Source of the DNA: Eledone cirrhosa
Taxonomy: Eukaryota
NCBI GenBank assembly: GCA_964016885.1
Contig: OZ024740.1
Location: forward strand, 423,956,001 to 424,020,000
DNA: 64,000 nt
Direction: 5' to 3'
The translations under genes were made by a program, and so were the position numbers. This document shows positions 55,700 through 64,000 of this stretch, piece after piece; position 1 is the first letter of the stretch; every line of letters begins with the position of its first letter. The notes under the pieces were generated by a model that was given only the letters and a program-made list of their open reading frames with translations, was not told where the DNA came from and searched no databases.

Positions 55700-56240
55700 A
55701 ATAACAAGAGGGGGGGGGGCTAATGGGGGAAGAAGGGGATAGAGAGAGAGAAGGAAGGGCAAGAAAGAGGGAGAGAGAGGAGGGAGGGAGGAGGACAGAA
55801 GAGATAGGGAGAGAGAAGGAAGAAAATAGAGGAGGGGGGTAGAAAAAGGGGAGAGAGAAGAGAAAGGAAAGAGGGGAGAGACAGAGAGGAAAAAATGAAA
55901 GAGAGGAGAGACAGAGAGAAAGAAGGAAAGAGGGGAGAGACAGAGAGAAAGAAGGAAAGAGAGGAGAGATAGAGAGAAAGAAGGAAAGAGAGGAGAAACA
56001 GAGAGAAAGAAGGAAAGAGAGGAGAGTGTTAGAAAGAAGGAAGGAAAGTGAAGAGAGGGATAGAGAGAAAGAAGGAAGGAAAGTGAAGAGAGGGATAGAG
56101 AGAAAGAAGGAAGGAAAGTGAAGAGAGGGATAGAGAGAAAGGGAAGCAAAGAGAGAAGGGAGTTAGAGAGAAGGGAGGAGAGGATATCAAGAGAAAAAGA
56201 GAAAAACAGAGAGGCGGGAAAAGAGAGGGGTGATAGAGAG
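55700..56240. repeat. Polypurine (GA-rich) low-complexity tract
   Basis: Direct reading. Confidence 0.9.
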
Positions 56241-56389
56241 TAAAAGTCATCTTTCAATAAACAATACAAGAAAAAGAGGAAACAGAGATAAACCTCAAAG
56301 AGATTTAAGGTTCCTGAAGATGTTTTCTCACAACAGAAATATCTTTTACTATTGGTTTATTACATTTATATTGATATTACTGGCGGTTG

Positions 56390-56663
56390 GAATATATGTC
56401 TGTCTGTCTGTCTGCCTGCCTGTGTGTGTCTATATTTCTGTGTATATATATGTGTATGTGTGTGTCTATATATCTGTGTATATATTCATATATATAAATG
56501 TGTGTGTGTGTGTGTGTGTGTGTGTGTCTATATATCTGTGTATATATTCATATATATAAATGTGTGTGTGTGTGTGTGTCTATATATCTGTGTATATATT
56601 CATATATATAAATGTGTGTGTGTGTGTGTGTCTATATATCTGTGTATATATTCATATATATAA

Positions 56664-56706
<43 letters not shown>

Positions 56707-56720
56707 TATATATATATATG
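56390..56720. repeat. Compound (TG)n/(TA)n tandem repeat
   Basis: Direct reading. Confidence 0.9.
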
Positions 56721-57096
56721 AGAGATTTTGGCTTCACGTGATTAACAAGTCTGAGGAGCAGATCGTGCTGGGTTTACAGCATTAATATAGATTCTGAGCC
56801 ACCCATCTGTGAAACAGTTGTAACTATGTATAATCAATACAGACCTTAATGTGAAACCTCGCTTTGTTATATATGTATATATATGTGTGTTTTACGTAAT
56901 TCCAAAGGAGAAAAGAGTGCTCTATGTATAGAACAGAGCTATTTCATTAGAAAGTGAACAACACAAAATATAACTACTCCATTACCAAAGGTTTCTGGAA
57001 CCCAGGACGACCGATCTAGACGTATATTATTATTGTCTGGGATCCAGAAAGCTTTGGTAATGGAGTAGTTATATTTTGTGTTCACTTTCTAATTAA

Positions 57097-57131
<35 letters not shown>

Positions 57132-57372
57132 ATATATATATATAAATGTATATATATATATAAATGTATATATATATATAAATGTATATATATATATATA
57201 TAATATATATATATATATATAAGAATTAAAATACTAGAGTGTGTTGTAGTTAAACACCCTCTTCATATTATAGAAATGACAGTATAAGACATAGCTCAAT
57301 GTAATTAAACAGAGCCGAAGAATTATAAAAAATAAACCAAAGAAGCCTTCAATACATCAAAAGTCTTTAATA

Positions 57373-57410
57373 GCCAACAATGTTTCATCCTATTAAGGAC
57401 TCATCAGGGC
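57373..57410 (-). ncRNA. Minimal type I hammerhead ribozyme motif with canonical core
   Basis: GCC-CTGATGA-GTCC-TTAATA-GGAT-GAAAC-ATT-GTT^GGC. Confidence 0.7.
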
Positions 57411-57526
57411 AAGTAAAGCTACAAGAAGTACTATCGGCCAATACAAGCCAAAAACTCAGAAGAATACGGAGTATTAAAGCTTAGGAAAGATATCAAGGAA
57501 AAGTTGGCTAAGATTAAGAGTATTTT

Positions 57527-57989
<463 letters not shown>

Positions 57990-57992
<3 letters not shown>

Positions 57993-58309
57993 GGGGTACA
58001 TGCTGAAGCATATAAACAATATGCCCCCCCCCCCCACCGCAAGGTGGTCGTGGAGGTGCCACGGCAAAAAAGCACCCAGCCCACACTGTAAAGTGGACGT
58101 GTAGGCGCCACGAAAAAGCACCCAGCACTCACTGTAAATGAGGTTGGTGTTAGGAAGGGCATCCAGCTGTAGAAATCAAGCCAGATCAGTTCCTGTATGA
58201 GCAAGGCATGGTCAGCCGACCAGACACTGCCCACAACAGGACAACCCGTCTAACCCATGCTAGTGTGGAAGAACGGACGTAAAACGGTGATGATGATGAT
58301 GATGATGAT
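57990..58309 (+). mobile_element. RTE sister-subfamily 3' UTR fragment, TA on both sides
   Basis: Reverse complement of about 48835-49100; (GAT)n tail. Confidence 0.85.
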
Positions 58310-58320
58310 ATATATAAATG

Positions 58321-58390
<70 letters not shown>

Positions 58391-58402
58391 TATATATATA
58401 TA

Positions 58403-58460
<58 letters not shown>

Positions 58461-58529
58461 CATATACATATATATACACATATACATACATATATATATA
58501 TATATATACATACATACATACATATACAA

Positions 58530-58562
<33 letters not shown>

Positions 58563-58629
58563 CATACATATATACAAACACATATACTTATATATAAATA
58601 TACACATAAAAATATATCTATCTATGTAT

Positions 58630-59068
58630 CTAGAGCGGGTAAAATGCCCGAGAGCCATGGACGAGTTCTCTCCAGTGTGTGTTTTGGCTGTGTAAAAAAG
58701 GTTATAACAAGAAGATAGAAATATCAAAAAATTCAAAAATTTCGCAATAGAGGGCAAACTTCCGAGGGTCACTCGTGGCGAAAACCATACAAAAGACCAC
58801 GCCCACCCTGCCCACCAGGGCAAGCGCCCTCTCTCAGTTTTACACTACTCAGTCTACAGGCGCATAATCAGAGTGGCCTGGTCAAGCGCCGGAAATGTCC
58901 AGATTCTCGGCACCGCTCTCAAGGAATATGAAGCAGTAAAAGGAGCAAAGTTAAACCAGGATGAAGATGCGCAAACATGCGATGAGGCTGTGACATCTCT
59001 GGTGCTTCCTTGACGGTGCAAAAATGAGGACACACAGAGACAATTTCACTTTTATATGTATGTATAGA
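58630..59068 (-). mobile_element. Probable second non-autonomous Helitron (about 440 bp)
   Basis: Minus strand starts A^TCTATACATACATATAAAAGTGAAATTGTCTCTGTGTG and ends CGGG-cattttA-CCCG..CTAG. The following base is A, not the expected T. Confidence 0.5.
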
Positions 59069-59118
59069 TATACATACATATACAAACACATATGCACATA
59101 TATATATATATACACATA

Positions 59119-59738
59119 TAGAAACAGATTGACATATATATATATATATATATAAAATATACATATGAAACAATCACAGGGAATAATTTGTAAAGAATGT
59201 AAGCACACATAGCTAGGTAGGTAACTAATTAAAGTTTAACTAAAACTTCAACTTTGATATGTAATGCTCGGATCTAATCTTTGAGCTTATTCTACAGTGG
59301 ATATGGCGCATGTCTCTCAGACATGACAACCCTTAATTTTAATTTGGATATATTGTTGAGCTAATTCAGTTGAATAGGCTCGGCTGCTATTTCTGGCTGT
59401 TGATGGTCCTATTCGCGCCACTGGGATGACGTTGTACAATGTGTGTATTTTTTTTTTTAAATGCAACACGTGGTTCGAGTCATTCACAGAGTTGCATTTG
59501 CTTTGTAAACGCAGATGGTTATCTTCTTCTCCTTTGGTGAACATCTAAGAATTTAACTGCTGCGATTTACGGATTAATAGGTGAAATATATTTCTTACTT
59601 AAAGAAATATATACAAAGGAGATTAATCATTTTAAAAGGTATCTATATTTGAAGTTCTAGTTAAACTTTAATTAGTTACCTACCAAGCTATGTGTGCTTA
59701 CATTCTTTACAAATTATTTTGTGATTGTTTCATATGTT

Positions 59739-59775
<37 letters not shown>

Positions 59776-59890
59776 AATCTATTTCTAGTTGATTTGTAAT
59801 GCTCGGATCTAATCTTTTTGAGCTTATTCTACAGTGGATATGGCGCATGTCTCTCAGACATGACAACCCTTAATTTTAATTTGGGATATA
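59119..59890. mobile_element. Element with about 135-bp inverted repeats and about 92-bp direct repeats
   Basis: 59119-59250 is the reverse complement of 59649-59788; 59260-59352 matches 59795-59890. Confidence 0.7.
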
Positions 59891-59916
59891 TATATATATA
59901 TTATTATTATAGACTT

Positions 59917-60095
59917 GACTAGAACTGTTTCATTTATAAGAAATTATGAAGACTTTCCTGATGATTTCTTATGAATGAAACAGTTCTAGTCCTGCAGAAG
60001 TCATTTCTATATTAAACATGATGTTTACACTCTACTAATGTATTGAGTACCTTACTAACTGTGTTCACCCCCAATTGAACTTGGAACTCTCACAC
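59917..60095 (+). mobile_element. Short inverted-fragment + hammerhead-core element, homologous to 49982-50155
   Basis: CTGATGA (59958-64)-TTTC-TTAT-GAAT-GAAAC-AGTTCTA-GTC, preceded by its own inverted fragment 59917-59945. Confidence 0.6.
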
Positions 60096-60415
60096 ACTCA
60101 CACACACACACGTTTATGTTTGTTTACATATGTATTATATATATGTGTATGTGCTTTATTTTTTTTTCCTTCTCATCAACTTAATTAGTTAAGAACTGAA
60201 ATAGATGTAAAATTTAATATTGACTATTTTTCAACTGAGAGGAGAGGAACCCTTTGATTAAAATGAAATATACTTATTCAAATTCAAGTACCCTGGGCAA
60301 TGTAGTTTCAGAATATATATGGTTATGAGGGTCTATCTCCAAAATCATAGGAGGAGTTCGTGAACAAACAAACAGGAACTACAACTTTATATATATATAT
60401 ATAATATTGTATAAT

Positions 60416-60712
60416 ATAATTGTTTCTACTCTTGGCACAAGGCCAGCAATTACCCAGTGTATTACTGGTACTTTATTTTATCGACCCCATAATATAATAT
60501 AATGGTTTCTGATATAGGCACAAGGCAAAGAGATTTGGGGGAGGGGTAAGTTGATTATATTGACCCCAGTGAGGTACTTTATTTTATCGACTCCGTAAGG
60601 ATGAATAGCAAAGTTAACCTCGATGGGATTTGAACTCAGAATGGCAAGGGCCGTAACTATATGCCGCAAAGCATGGTGTCTGACACCCAACCGATTCTGC
60701 CAACCCATTGCC
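60416..60712 (-). mobile_element. Two SINE family A copies
   Basis: Family A blocks. Confidence 0.8.
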
Positions 60713-60991
60713 CTGTATAATAAAATATAGTATAATATATAATACAATATATATTATAATATTATTGTGAAATATAAAAATATATTTTTGAAGTCAGTGA
60801 AACAAGATTGGGTGAGAGAGAGAGAGATAATTGCCTTTCTTTCTATTTTTCTGTGTAATTTAGAGTTTTGGCTTTATTGATTGGAATCTAAGCATGATTT
60901 AAATTGGTGAGGAGAGGATAATCTTAGAAATGTGGATTTGGTAAACCAGAAGAAAATCATCCAAATCCTCAAGTTTACTGCTATCTCTTGT

Positions 60992-61191
60992 NNNNNNNNN
61001 NNNNNNNNNNNNNNNNNNNNNNNNNNNNNNNNNNNNNNNNNNNNNNNNNNNNNNNNNNNNNNNNNNNNNNNNNNNNNNNNNNNNNNNNNNNNNNNNNNNN
61101 NNNNNNNNNNNNNNNNNNNNNNNNNNNNNNNNNNNNNNNNNNNNNNNNNNNNNNNNNNNNNNNNNNNNNNNNNNNNNNNNNNNNNNNNNNN
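60992..61191. other. Assembly gap (200 N)
   Basis: N run. Confidence 1.
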
Positions 61192-61240
61192 AGTTGGCCT
61201 TGATAAGCTTCATATATTGCTATTTCAGAGCTACAATTCT

Positions 61241-64000
<2,760 letters not shown>

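Noticed and set aside
55679-56269. 196-aa Leu/Ser/Phe-rich membrane-like ORF
   Set aside because: Translation of a CT-rich low-complexity tract

Overview
Eukaryotic (animal) genomic DNA, AT-rich and dense in repeats. The (TA)n load and the SINE/RTE repertoire suggest a mollusc, probably an octopus-like cephalopod; this is inference only. The window lies inside a PBX/extradenticle TALE-homeobox gene on the minus strand. Three coding exons are visible (53725-53975, 42051-42241, 40192-40327), and the next homeodomain exon was not found, implying an intron of more than 40 kb. That intron holds: (1) a young, nearly intact Naiad-type Penelope-like retroelement (RT + CxCx5Cx5C + GIY-YIG) inserted in (TA)n, with 1.4-kb pseudo-LTRs, an inverted 5' fragment, a variant minimal hammerhead ribozyme and a GC-rich folded RNA domain, plus a second 5'-truncated copy; (2) a near full-length RTE LINE with a PHD-like finger and one homopolymer frameshift; (3) a 19-kb satellite of 37-46 bp units with higher-order structure. 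The rest contains SINEs, RTE fragments, non-autonomous Helitrons, small hammerhead-bearing inverted-repeat elements, mini- and microsatellites and a 200-N gap. Most short ORFs in the track (IYIY..., CVCV...) are microsatellite artefacts.
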